The translations under genes and the position numbers were made by a program. From a virus (Duplodnaviria; Heunggongvirae; Uroviricota; Caudoviricetes): DNA of 30,522 nucleotides. The notes below the pieces were generated by a model. It did no database searches and was not told the DNA's origin. It saw only the letters and a program-made list of their open reading frames with translations. Of this stretch, positions 1-8,649 are shown piece after piece. The stretch spans positions 64,001 to 94,522 of IMG/VR virus record IMGVR_UViG_3300028048_000103; one strand, given 5' to 3'. Every line of letters begins with the position of its first letter. Positions within the stretch are counted from its first letter, which is position 1.

Positions 1-1
1 T

Positions 2-1186
2 GACAGTTCAACCAACAATTATTTAAATATTGGTTTTTATAGTAATAATGACAGATTAAAATTATATGCTAATGGATTGTTAGAAAACCAAGGTAAAATT
101 AAAGCAACAGGCGATTTGGAAACAGGCGGTAATATTGTTAAAGGAAGTTATACTTTTACATTACCAAGTAAAACAGGTACTTTTGCTTTATTAGATGATA
201 TTCCAACAATACCTTCATGGGCAACAGGGAGCACAAAACCAACCTATACTGCAAGTGAAGTTGGTGCATTACCAACAGGTACTACACTTGATGAAATTGC
301 AGATGGTACTACAAGGAAGTTAAGCAATTATTCACTTACAAGCCATACACATAGTAATTATGCTACACAGGCTAATTTTACAGCACATACAGGTAATACA
401 AATATTCACGTTACAACAGCACAAACTGCTGCTTGGGATGCTAAGGTAAGTAATGTTCAAGCTGATTGGAACGCAACAAGCGGTTTGGCACAAATTTTAA
501 ATAAGCCAACAATTCCAACAGTGCCTACATCTAACACTGCTTTTACTAATGATGCAGGTTACATTACCGGTTATACAGAAACTGACCCTACTGTTCCTTC
601 ATGGGCTAAAGCAGCATCCAAACCAACCTATACAGCAAGTGAAGTAGGCGCATTACCAACAGGTACTACACTTGATAATGTTGCAGATGGTACTACAAGG
701 AAGTTAAGTAATTATGCTACACAGGCTAATTTTACTGCGCATACAGGTAATACAAATATTCACGTTACAACCGCACAAACGGCTACTTGGAATGAAAAAC
801 AAGATGCTATTTCTGATTTAACTACAATTAGAAACAATGCAAGTTCAGGTGCTACTGCATATACAAATGTTACTGCACATACAAATAACAGTAATATACA
901 TGTTACAGCAGCACAAAAAACCAATTGGAATACTGCTTATAACAATAGGATAACAGGTGTAACGTTTACATCAGGAACAACCAACAGTGCAACAATTTCA
1001 AGTAATAAATTAAATATAACAGGTGCAACTGTTCCAACGTATTCAGCATCTGATAGTGGTAAAATCCTTTCAGTAAATAGTTCAGGTCAGTTAGTTTGGA
1101 TAACACCTGTTACAATTTATACGGGTAGTGGTACACCTGACAATTCACAAGGAAACAATGGTGATATCTATTTACAAACATCTTAA
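2..1186 (+). CDS. Tail-fibre-like structural protein, C-terminal part (5'-truncated by the window edge)
   Basis: The frame is open from position 2 (DSSTNNYLNIGFYSNNDRLKLYANG...) into the TTG-started ORF 77..1186, so the true start is upstream of the window. It is Thr/Ala/Asn-rich with repeats (PSWA..SKPTYTASEVGALP; AHTGNTNIHVT; VQADWNATSGLAQILNKP) and ends IYTGSGTPDNSQGNNGDIYLQ, motifs typical of phage fibre proteins. Confidence 0.65.
   Translation, partial: DSSTNNYLNIGFYSNNDRLKLYANGLLENQGKIKATGDLETGGNIVKGSYTFTLPSKTGTFALLDDIPTIPSWATGSTKPTYTASEVGALPTGTTLDEIADGTTRKLSNYSLTSHTHSNYATQANFTAHTGNTNIHVTTAQTAAWDAKVSNVQADWNATSGLAQILNKPTIPTVPTSNTAFTNDAGYITGYTETDPTVPSWAKAASKPTYTASEVGALPTGTTLDNVADGTTRKLSNYATQANFTAHTGNTNIHVTTAQTATWNEKQDAISDLTTIRNNASSGATAYTNVTAHTNNSNIHVTAAQKTNWNTAYNNRITGVTFTSGTTNSATISSNKLNITGATVPTYSASDSGKILSVNSSGQLVWITPVTIYTGSGTPDNSQGNNGDIYLQTS
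212..790 (+). repeat. Intragenic direct repeat, copies 212-436 (225 bp) and 596-790 (195 bp), with a partial third copy at ~872-930
   Basis: Both copies encode PSWA...KPTYTASEVGALPTGTTLD..ADGTTRKLSNY...ATQANFTAHTGNTNIHVTTAQTA.W. Copy 1 carries an extra 30 nt (331-360). Confidence 0.9.
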
Positions 1187-1204
1187 TAATGATATAATAA
1201 AGGT

Positions 1205-1233
1205 TATCCCTTCCTAACAAAAAGGAAGGGATA
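1205..1233 (+). terminator. 11-bp stem-loop between two co-oriented structural genes (terminator or RNA-processing hairpin)
   Basis: TATCCCTTCCT (1205-1215) pairs with AGGAAGGGATA (1223-1233), with a 7-nt loop, followed by an imperfect U-tract (TTATTTTT). Confidence 0.55.
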
Positions 1234-1255
1234 TTATTTTTAAAATTAGTATTAC

Positions 1256-1912
1256 ATGGCTATTATTACAGCAACAACAAAGTTTGTACCGGTTGGTTAT
1301 GACAGTAGTAGGTCTGTTTATTATCAAGACTTGGTTAATCCAAGTAGGTTTTTAGATGACGCTGATTCAACAAATTATACAACTGTATATCTTGTTAGGG
1401 GTGTTAATGCTGAAACATTCTTTTATCTCACTTTTGACTTTTCTTCTATACCAGCAAATGCAAACATAACATCTGTTGTCGCAAGAACAAAGGGTAGATG
1501 TTCAGGAACTGCAAATAGATTAAGTTTTCGCCAAGTTAGGGGATATATTGGAGATACTGCTAAAGGTTATAGTATTAACTTAACAGCTTCAAACCAAACA
1601 ATTACTTTGGATTTAGGAAATGGTGGATTTACCAGGGAAAGTTTACAAGATTTCATGATTAGATGGTATGCGAAAAGGTCTAATAATAGTACTCAAGCAA
1701 ATTATAGTTTATATTTTTATATTTATGGAGCCGATGTAACCGTAACATACGAATATGATGATGGTGAAACCGATGAAAAAAAAGCATATAAAAAAGAGGG
1801 GAGTTCTTGGGTTCCTTATAAGAATGTATATAAAAAAATTGATAATACTTGGGTTAAGCAAACGGATTTAAGTAATTTAATTCAAACTAATAAACCGTAT
1901 GTTTGGGGATAA
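1256..1912 (+). CDS. Putative tail-fibre accessory/adhesin protein (one beta-sandwich domain + conserved C-terminal module)
   Basis: 218 aa, ATG start. FYLTFDFSSIPANANITSV motif resembles DNRLRE/carbohydrate-binding-type beta-sandwich domains. N- and C-termini are similar to the next ORF. Confidence 0.55.
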   Translation: MAIITATTKFVPVGYDSSRSVYYQDLVNPSRFLDDADSTNYTTVYLVRGVNAETFFYLTFDFSSIPANANITSVVARTKGRCSGTANRLSFRQVRGYIGDTAKGYSINLTASNQTITLDLGNGGFTRESLQDFMIRWYAKRSNNSTQANYSLYFYIYGADVTVTYEYDDGETDEKKAYKKEGSSWVPYKNVYKKIDNTWVKQTDLSNLIQTNKPYVWG

Positions 1913-1924
1913 TAACTAAATACA

Positions 1925-1934
1925 ACTATTTATA
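1925..1934 (+). promoter_or_regulatory. Putative phage late-promoter motif ACTATTTATA
   Basis: Intergenic, 22 nt upstream of ATG 1957. The same motif precedes other structural-type genes. Confidence 0.55.
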
Positions 1935-1956
1935 TTATAAAAGATTTTAAATTTAT

Positions 1957-4419
1957 ATGAGTAGACTAATTAACATACAAAGTGCTGCAACATTTTATCC
2001 ATCTTCTTTTGATAGTGTTAATTCATCATATGCATCAAATTACAATGATGGAAGTACTGCAATTGATGGTATATACAATGGGAATGTCATAAGTAATGGT
2101 TTTACTGATAGTGGTTCAACAACGAGAGCCGCATTTTATACCAATACTGGACAATCAGCAGCAAGTTACTTTTATTATAATTTTGATTGTTCAAGCATAC
2201 CACAAACAGCAACAATAAACTCAGTAGCATGTGCTGTTAAGTGCGGCACTCAGGGTACTAATTACTATAATACAAGACAAGTACAGTTATGTGCAGGTAC
2301 AACGCCAAAAGGAAGTGCTACAACAATATCAGGTAATAATACTTCACCTTCTACACATAGATTAACTGTTGGTACATGGACAAGAGAGGAATTAAATAAC
2401 TGTAAAGTTAGAATATATATTACAAGACTTAATAGTACAGGTACAGGTGCTACTGAACCTTCGACTGTATCATTCTATGGTGCAACATTAGTTGTTAATT
2501 ATTCTGTTAATGGTACTATGTACGAAATCACATCTTCAAGTGAAACAAATTTAGCAACTGTTGAACCATCTTCACAAGAAGTTTTTGAGGGTGGAAGTGG
2601 TACTGTTAAAATTGAAACTGATAATGTTGGTGATATTGCTGTTAAAGATAATGGAACAGATGTTACCGACCAATTAGTTGTTAGACAAAAAACAACAAGT
2701 GGTTCTTCAGAAACAGTTTTAGGAACATATACATTAGTTAGCGGTGGTTTTAATGGACAAGGTGCAAGTTATTTTCAAGGTCTTGTAGGAAAAGGCGTTA
2801 ACTCAACACAAACCACAAGTAACTATTACAGTAATGGAAATGGTACAATCGCAGTTTTTACATACAATTTAACGTTTAGTAATATCCCAAGTAATGCCAC
2901 AATCACAAGATTATATTGCCAAGTAAATGGACATGCGGAAAGCACAAGCAACAACAATGAATATATGTGTGCACAACTTATACTTGGAGGCACTGCAACA
3001 ACAATAAGTAATGAAATTAATTTTAAATCAATTGGTACATCCAATTCAACACAGACATTAGAAGCAACAACGTTGCCTACTGTAGCACAGTTATCAAATT
3101 TAAAATTAAAATGTAGATTGGGCTATTATGGTGGCGCAATTAACGGTGCTACTTGTTATATTGAATATACAATACCAATAGAAGGAAACCAATTTTATTA
3201 TGAATATACTGTAAGTAACATATCTGCGGACCATACAGTACTTGTTTCAGAAAATATAATAATTCCTCCTGAAGAAGATGAAACAAAGACATATTACCCA
3301 ATAACTATATCATCAATCAATGCAACAACAAATCCATCAAAGGGTACAACAAGAGTTGAAAGTGGTACAAGTGAAACAATAACGATTACACCTTCTGACC
3401 CACAATTGACGTTGGCCTTGGATAATGGTGTAGATATCACAAGTCAATTAGTTCAGCACGGAACAGCCGAACCTACATCTGCAATTACAAACATAACTTC
3501 CACTTATGGTTTTGTATATAATCAATCAACCGGTTATTATGTTTCAAACAATAGTGGTGTTGGAAGTAGTGCTGCGGTTGCAAGAATTACACTTGATTTA
3601 CCTGTAAGAAGTTTAGTTACTTTCCAATATATTAATTATGCAGAAGCAACCTATGATTTTGGTGTATTTGGTAAAGTTGATACTGCTCTCAGTACTTCTG
3701 CATGGAACTCTTCACAATATGCTGGTGATACCACAACAGATGCAGGTCTTGAACAAATTAGATTAAACACTAATAGTTATAATAGTGCAAACGCACAGAC
3801 TTTAACATATGAAATATCAGAGGGAGAACATTTTATAGATGTTAAATTTGCAAAAGATGAAGCAACAGACAGTAATAATGATAGTTTACAATTTAAAATT
3901 ACAAATATTGAATTACTCGAACCAACTGTTGAATATTACACATATGATTTAAATAATATTAACCAATCTCATTCGTTAATATTTATATTTGGTGATGTTA
4001 CTTATTATTTTGTTACTTCAACAACAAATACTGAATGTAAACTTTATCCAAACGGTCAAATGGTTGCACTACCTGGTGATGATTATAGACTTACAATTGT
4101 ACCTAAAAACTCAACAGATACTGTTTCCGTAACAGATAATGGTACTGATGTAACAGGTAGTCTTGAACGAAAAGAAGTAGAAACAGTTAAAGAAGGTGTT
4201 ACTTCAACAACCGTTAATTATATATACCGTTTAACCAATGTTCAAACAGCACATACAATAAATGTTATGTCAGAGTTAGGACAGGTTATTTATAGAAAAG
4301 AAGGAGGAAGTTGGAACATTAAAAAAGTGTGGAAAAAAAACAGTAGGGGAGAATGGGAAGAAATTTTTGATTATAGTAATTTATTTGATAATAATACTAT
4401 TTATATTAATAACAATTAA
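1957..4419 (+). CDS. Multi-domain beta-rich putative adhesin/tail-fibre accessory protein
   Basis: 820 aa, Ser/Thr/Asn-rich. Two F.(C/F)S(S/N)IP..ATI domains, three Ig-like spacers with DNG.D(V/I)T..L and Y.Y.(L/V).N....H, one jelly-roll-like domain (YYVSNNSG...EATYDF...GEHFIDVKFAKD), and a C-terminal module shared with ORF 1256. Confidence 0.6.
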   Translation: MSRLINIQSAATFYPSSFDSVNSSYASNYNDGSTAIDGIYNGNVISNGFTDSGSTTRAAFYTNTGQSAASYFYYNFDCSSIPQTATINSVACAVKCGTQGTNYYNTRQVQLCAGTTPKGSATTISGNNTSPSTHRLTVGTWTREELNNCKVRIYITRLNSTGTGATEPSTVSFYGATLVVNYSVNGTMYEITSSSETNLATVEPSSQEVFEGGSGTVKIETDNVGDIAVKDNGTDVTDQLVVRQKTTSGSSETVLGTYTLVSGGFNGQGASYFQGLVGKGVNSTQTTSNYYSNGNGTIAVFTYNLTFSNIPSNATITRLYCQVNGHAESTSNNNEYMCAQLILGGTATTISNEINFKSIGTSNSTQTLEATTLPTVAQLSNLKLKCRLGYYGGAINGATCYIEYTIPIEGNQFYYEYTVSNISADHTVLVSENIIIPPEEDETKTYYPITISSINATTNPSKGTTRVESGTSETITITPSDPQLTLALDNGVDITSQLVQHGTAEPTSAITNITSTYGFVYNQSTGYYVSNNSGVGSSAAVARITLDLPVRSLVTFQYINYAEATYDFGVFGKVDTALSTSAWNSSQYAGDTTTDAGLEQIRLNTNSYNSANAQTLTYEISEGEHFIDVKFAKDEATDSNNDSLQFKITNIELLEPTVEYYTYDLNNINQSHSLIFIFGDVTYYFVTSTTNTECKLYPNGQMVALPGDDYRLTIVPKNSTDTVSVTDNGTDVTGSLERKEVETVKEGVTSTTVNYIYRLTNVQTAHTINVMSELGQVIYRKEGGSWNIKKVWKKNSRGEWEEIFDYSNLFDNNTIYINNN
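4396..4405 (+). promoter_or_regulatory. Putative phage late-promoter motif ACTATTTATA
   Basis: Exact copy inside the 3' end of the previous CDS, 28 nt upstream of ATG 4434. Confidence 0.5.
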
Positions 4420-4433
4420 TAATTTACAATATT

Positions 4434-4892
4434 ATGTCACAATATAAGTTAACAGAAAAACAATTACATAGTTTAATTGCTGAATCAATAGTTAGAATAT
4501 TAAAAGAAGATAGAAGTGAAGACATTGACAATAAAATTGTCAATTTAATATCATATTTACATAATGCACAAAAACCTGTTAGGGAAATTCACTGGAATAC
4601 TAATGAATATGCCTTACATATGGTAACAGATGAAACCATTGACGATTTATGCGAATGGGAAGATTCTTTGGCAGAAACATTTGTCAGTAACAGAGATATT
4701 AAACTTCTTATTAATGATACTAAACCATCATCATCTGAAGACTATAAATCAATTATGACTGAATTATGTGATATGACAAGTGATATTAAAAACAGCATTT
4801 CTGACAAAAAAGAATATGACAATACTTGTGCTGTTTTAGACGAAATACTTGAGACTTCTAACCAATTATTATATAAGAGTGAGTTAAAATAA
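4434..4892 (+). CDS. Ferritin/Dps-like four-helix-bundle protein (DUF5856-like) with an N-terminal L.E..L..LI.ESI..ILKE peptide
   Basis: EIHWNT...ALHMVTDE..DDL....DSLAE and C-terminal LDEILE...QLLYK resemble phage ferritin-like proteins (HW, H, D, E pattern). Confidence 0.55.
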   Translation: MSQYKLTEKQLHSLIAESIVRILKEDRSEDIDNKIVNLISYLHNAQKPVREIHWNTNEYALHMVTDETIDDLCEWEDSLAETFVSNRDIKLLINDTKPSSSEDYKSIMTELCDMTSDIKNSISDKKEYDNTCAVLDEILETSNQLLYKSELK

Positions 4893-4901
4893 AATATTAT
4901 T

Positions 4902-5549
4902 ATGCCGGCAAAAAGTAAATCACAACAAAGATTATTTGGTATGGTACATGCATATCAAAAAGGCGAGTTAAAAAATCCCTCATCAGAGATAAAAAGTATA
5001 GCAAAATCAATATCTAAAAAAGATGCTGAGGATTTTGCGGAAACAAAACACAAAGGATTACCAAACAAAGTAAAGAAAAAGAAAAATATTAATGAGAGTT
5101 ATGGTATTGGATATGGTGGGAAATTTTTAAAATCTAACGGTTGGGGGCCAACCTTCACATCATTTCCTGAAGACGCAACAAAATTCAAAACACCAAGACA
5201 GGCACAAGAATACATTGATGAATATCTTGGTGATGACTTTGGTGCATCAGTTGTATCATTACCTTTATATGAAAACCGTCTTAATAGAATTGTTTCAGAA
5301 AGTATCAGAAAAGTTTTAAAAGAAGAATTTTTTGATAACAACAATGAAGATTATAAAAGAGGTTGGTGGAGTTTACTTGATGATATTTCGGATGAGTATT
5401 TGTCGTTAGATGATATCATGTCAATATTACAAAACGCTGGTATCAATAAAATGGAAGCAAGAGAAGCATTTAGGTACGTAACAAAGACATCATTAGAAAA
5501 AGCACTTAAAATGTATCTTAAACAACTTGCTGACAACACATCTTTTTAG
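4902..5549 (+). CDS. DUF3008-like domain protein with internal LNRIVSESIRKVLKEE peptide
   Basis: The N-terminus MPAKSKSQQRLFGMVHAYQKGE...DAEDFAETKHKGLP matches the DUF3008 pattern I recognise from large phages. The rest is unknown. Confidence 0.6.
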   Translation: MPAKSKSQQRLFGMVHAYQKGELKNPSSEIKSIAKSISKKDAEDFAETKHKGLPNKVKKKKNINESYGIGYGGKFLKSNGWGPTFTSFPEDATKFKTPRQAQEYIDEYLGDDFGASVVSLPLYENRLNRIVSESIRKVLKEEFFDNNNEDYKRGWWSLLDDISDEYLSLDDIMSILQNAGINKMEAREAFRYVTKTSLEKALKMYLKQLADNTSF

Positions 5550-5563
5550 TATTAAAAGAATAT

Positions 5564-5604
5564 AAAAAAAGCCTTAGATAAACTCTAAGGCTTTTTCTTT
5601 TTTT
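5564..5604. terminator. Bidirectional intrinsic terminator
   Basis: A-tract, GCCTTAGA (5571-5578), loop, TCTAAGGC (5584-5591), T-tract, between convergent ORFs ending at 5549 and 5616. Confidence 0.85.
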
Positions 5605-5615
5605 AACACTGTTAA

Positions 5616-6704
5616 TTAGTCAGCATCCACAAGTTCAAGTGTAAGAACAGCAGAACGTGATGTCTCAATAGAAGTACCTGCATCAATCTTAGTGTCATTC
5701 TGAATACCGTTAGCCTTAACATTCTTTGAAACAAGATAGTCCCTGACAACCTCAGCCCTCTTATGAGCAAGTTCATTGTTTCTTGCCTCAGTACCGGTTG
5801 CACTATCAGCAGAACCTACAATATGAACAATGGTTTCCTCAGTAATGTTCTTAGCAAATTCATCAAGGATAGCCTTCTGACTCTTCTTAAGAACTGCCTT
5901 ATTAACATCGAAGGTAATAAAGGTCTCACCGAAATAGGTAGGAACATCTACGGTCTCAACAACCTTCTTTTCAACAACGGTCTCAACTTCCTTAACAACA
6001 GGGTCTCTCTTAGCAAGTTCCTCATATCTTGCAAGAAGAACATCATAATCATGCTGTGATACAGCATAGTCATTGGTCTTGAAGTTGTGTGACTTAGTGT
6101 GGCCATTCTTAAACTTATAGGTAACACCTGCGGTAAGTCTAAGTGCACCATGCCTCTTGTCAAAATTAAAATCACCGTCAAACATTGACCAAATAACACC
6201 AGGCCTTACATTAATCTGCCAAGCCCTTTCCTTACCCATATTGATATTAAGTTCAGCATTTGCATTATAAGTAAGATAATCACGGTCAAAAATCTCATTC
6301 TCATAACCATACTGTCTTGACCAACCAATACCAGGAACTACAACAAGTTCAACCCTACGTGGATAACCCTTGTAACCTGCAAGAAGATTAGAAATATTGG
6401 CCTTACCATTAAATACAACGTTACTACCATCAAATGCAGTATGTGTACCAAGGTTATTGATAATACCTTCACCGGTAACGCTGAAACCCCAAACAGGTGT
6501 TACATATGTACCAATCTCAGCAGCAACAACAGGTCGTGCATCATTGAAAGCATCACTAAAACTTGTAAGTGATGTGAGTGGGGTGACCACACCACCTGTT
6601 ACATTAAAATAAGGCATACCCCATGCGCCTGTCCTTTCATAATTCTGTGCAAATCCCATAATCCCTATGGTAAGTGCAATCATAATACTAAAAAGTTTCT
6701 TCAT
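5616..6704 (-). CDS. ompA: OmpA-family outer-membrane protein, Bacteroidota type (signal peptide + beta-barrel + OmpA_C peptidoglycan-binding domain)
   Basis: MKKLFSIMIALTIGIMGFAQ is Sec-signal-like. Alternating beta-strands end LRLTAGVTYKF, followed by a linker and ITFDVNKA...IVGSADSATGT...NNELAHKRAEVVRDYL, the OmpA_C signature. Confidence 0.85.
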   Translation of the reverse strand: MKKLFSIMIALTIGIMGFAQNYERTGAWGMPYFNVTGGVVTPLTSLTSFSDAFNDARPVVAAEIGTYVTPVWGFSVTGEGIINNLGTHTAFDGSNVVFNGKANISNLLAGYKGYPRRVELVVVPGIGWSRQYGYENEIFDRDYLTYNANAELNINMGKERAWQINVRPGVIWSMFDGDFNFDKRHGALRLTAGVTYKFKNGHTKSHNFKTNDYAVSQHDYDVLLARYEELAKRDPVVKEVETVVEKKVVETVDVPTYFGETFITFDVNKAVLKKSQKAILDEFAKNITEETIVHIVGSADSATGTEARNNELAHKRAEVVRDYLVSKNVKANGIQNDTKIDAGTSIETSRSAVLTLELVDAD

Positions 6705-6728
6705 AAAATCTTTTTTTTATTTAATTAA

Positions 6729-7151
6729 TTATTTATTAAAAATATTTTGTCTTATTTCACCAACCAATTCACCTCTAAAAACTTCATCACTAAACAAACA
6801 CTTCGTTAGTCCTTTAATTATTATGTCTCCTAAAACATTCTTCGCTATTCTCATAATATTCTCATCATTCTTAAAATAATCAAGAATTTTATTTTGAATG
6901 TCAAGGAAAATTGGAGAAAAATCAATTTTTTTTATAACTTGTTCTACCAATGGTGTATAACTATCATTTTTATACCCCCATCTATCTTCATGTGTTTTAA
7001 CAAAAACTTCTTTAAAATTATCACTATTTTCCAAATATTTTCTCATACCTTCACCAATAATTTGATGAACTTCGTCCGGTGTAAACTTTTGTAATTCATC
7101 AGTTAAAAGTTGAGAAAATCTTTCTTCATTTAAATCAATCTTAATTTCCAT
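6729..7151 (-). CDS. Hypothetical protein
   Basis: Open frame, start moved to the ATG at 7151 (the track start 7157 is TTG). It lies directly downstream of a sigma70-like -7 box. No recognisable motif. Confidence 0.7.
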   Translation of the reverse strand: MEIKIDLNEERFSQLLTDELQKFTPDEVHQIIGEGMRKYLENSDNFKEVFVKTHEDRWGYKNDSYTPLVEQVIKKIDFSPIFLDIQNKILDYFKNDENIMRIAKNVLGDIIIKGLTKCLFSDEVFRGELVGEIRQNIFNK

Positions 7152-7167
7152 AATCAAAAATGTTTTG

Positions 7168-7199
7168 CAAATATACGTTTTTATTTTTTAAAAAACAAC
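7168..7199 (-). promoter_or_regulatory. Bacteroidota-type sigma70 promoter (imperfect -33)
   Basis: On the minus strand, TATATTTG (7175-7168) fits TAnnTTTG. GTTG lies 20 nt upstream. It would drive 7151 and ompA. Confidence 0.55.
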
Positions 7200-7204
7200 T
7201 TTTT

Positions 7205-7762
7205 TTAATTTTCTTCATTTTTTATTTTAATTTGACAAGATTTCATTACCTCAATAGCAGCATTGTTATTATATTCATTTAAACCTGCAATACAATTGGC
7301 ATCAACTGAGATATCAGCACGGTCAAACAAACCTGTTTTCAAAATAAGTGCATTAGTTATAACACAAATACTACTTACAAAACCAACAATTTCAATTTTA
7401 AGTTCGCCACTAATATTTCTTAGTTTTTCCATTAGTTCGGTTGACCCAAATGTAGGTTTATTAATATAATGTATCATTACACCGGTTTCAAGTAATTCAT
7501 GACTTTGAAGTACTTCTGAAATTCTCTTATCAATAAACCAACCATCGGTTTTAAAAATACAATGTTCAATAGGTAAATTTTGTCCTTCTTTTGTTTGCAA
7601 ATAATCGGTTTCATGTGTGTCCCTTGTGACAAAAATATAATCACCATCAAAATGTTTAATCTTATCAACAATGTTAGGTACTTTATTATCAGCATCTTTA
7701 TTTGCTAATGAACCACTGATAAAATCTACTTGTGGGTCAATTATAATTAAAATCTTTTTCAT
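7205..7762 (-). CDS. pncA: Nicotinamidase/isochorismatase-family cysteine hydrolase
   Basis: ILIIIDPQVDF (catalytic Asp), TRDTH and EHC (metal ligands), INKPTFGS (catalytic Lys), VGFVSSICV (catalytic Cys). Confidence 0.8.
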   Translation of the reverse strand: MKKILIIIDPQVDFISGSLANKDADNKVPNIVDKIKHFDGDYIFVTRDTHETDYLQTKEGQNLPIEHCIFKTDGWFIDKRISEVLQSHELLETGVMIHYINKPTFGSTELMEKLRNISGELKIEIVGFVSSICVITNALILKTGLFDRADISVDANCIAGLNEYNNNAAIEVMKSCQIKIKNEEN

Positions 7763-7771
7763 AAATTAATC

Positions 7772-8518
7772 TTATTTTAAAATCTTATTTATTTGCTTAA
7801 TTGGTATATATTCAGTATATCGTGCTTTAGGTAATGTATAGCCTGAACTGCCTAAACTTTCAGTTTCAATATCAAAGAACACACAGAATTGAATACTTGT
7901 ACTATCCTTACTTATTTTAAAATCAGTAATTCTAAATTTATCAATAAAAGGATTTGCATAGTCCTTTATTGCATATGTTGCTGAGCCAAATGTATATTTA
8001 CAATCGTCACCGATTGATGCCCACGAAATTTCCTGTTCATCCTTTTCATCTTTTTCAATTCTTTGTTTTTCCTCATCAGACAAATTATTAAATATTGATT
8101 GCCTAACTAATTTATCAAATTCAGGATTTTCAACAAGAAAAACATTAAACACCTTATTTTCTTCTTCAATTAATGACGAATATTCCTTAAGTTTAGCATT
8201 ATATTTTTTAATTAAATTGAAATGATTAATGATATTATTGACCGTTCTTTTTTTAATCGGTTCCAACTTGAATAAATAATCATTATTCTCCTTTATAATT
8301 TTAGTAATCTTAAAATCATCACAACTCCAACCAAGTGAAATAAATGGCCCACCTGACGGGTCAATGGCAAATTCTTTTTCATCAAAATCAGTAAGACTAC
8401 CAATAACACGATATGGCATATCAGGGACAGGTTTAAACCTATAAAAGTTATCCCTTACTTTGACAAAGTAATTTTTGTCACCGTACCTATTGTACGGAAT
8501 TAAATATTTTTCTTTCAT
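7772..8518 (-). CDS. Hypothetical phage protein (N-terminal DPSGGPFI motif)
   Basis: Open frame. The start was moved to ATG 8518 (MKEKY) because the track start overlaps the promoter region. Confidence 0.7.
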   Translation of the reverse strand: MKEKYLIPYNRYGDKNYFVKVRDNFYRFKPVPDMPYRVIGSLTDFDEKEFAIDPSGGPFISLGWSCDDFKITKIIKENNDYLFKLEPIKKRTVNNIINHFNLIKKYNAKLKEYSSLIEEENKVFNVFLVENPEFDKLVRQSIFNNLSDEEKQRIEKDEKDEQEISWASIGDDCKYTFGSATYAIKDYANPFIDKFRITDFKISKDSTSIQFCVFFDIETESLGSSGYTLPKARYTEYIPIKQINKILK

Positions 8519-8534
8519 AAACTTTTGTTTTTCG

Positions 8535-8565
8535 CAAACATACAAAACTTTTTTGAATAAACAAA
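8535..8565 (-). promoter_or_regulatory. Bacteroidota-type sigma70 promoter
   Basis: Minus strand TTTG (8565-8562), 19 nt, TATGTTTG (8542-8535), 16 nt before ATG 8518. Confidence 0.75.
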
Positions 8566-8649
8566 AATAATTTGAAAAAAAATTTGGTTATAAATAATTA
8601 TAATTACTAGTAGATGATATTATTATTAATATACAAGATAAATAATTAA

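Noticed and set aside
3978-3987. AATATTTATA-type matches inside CDSs as late promoters
   Set aside because: They are not near a start codon, and relaxed versions of the motif occur by chance in this AT-rich DNA.
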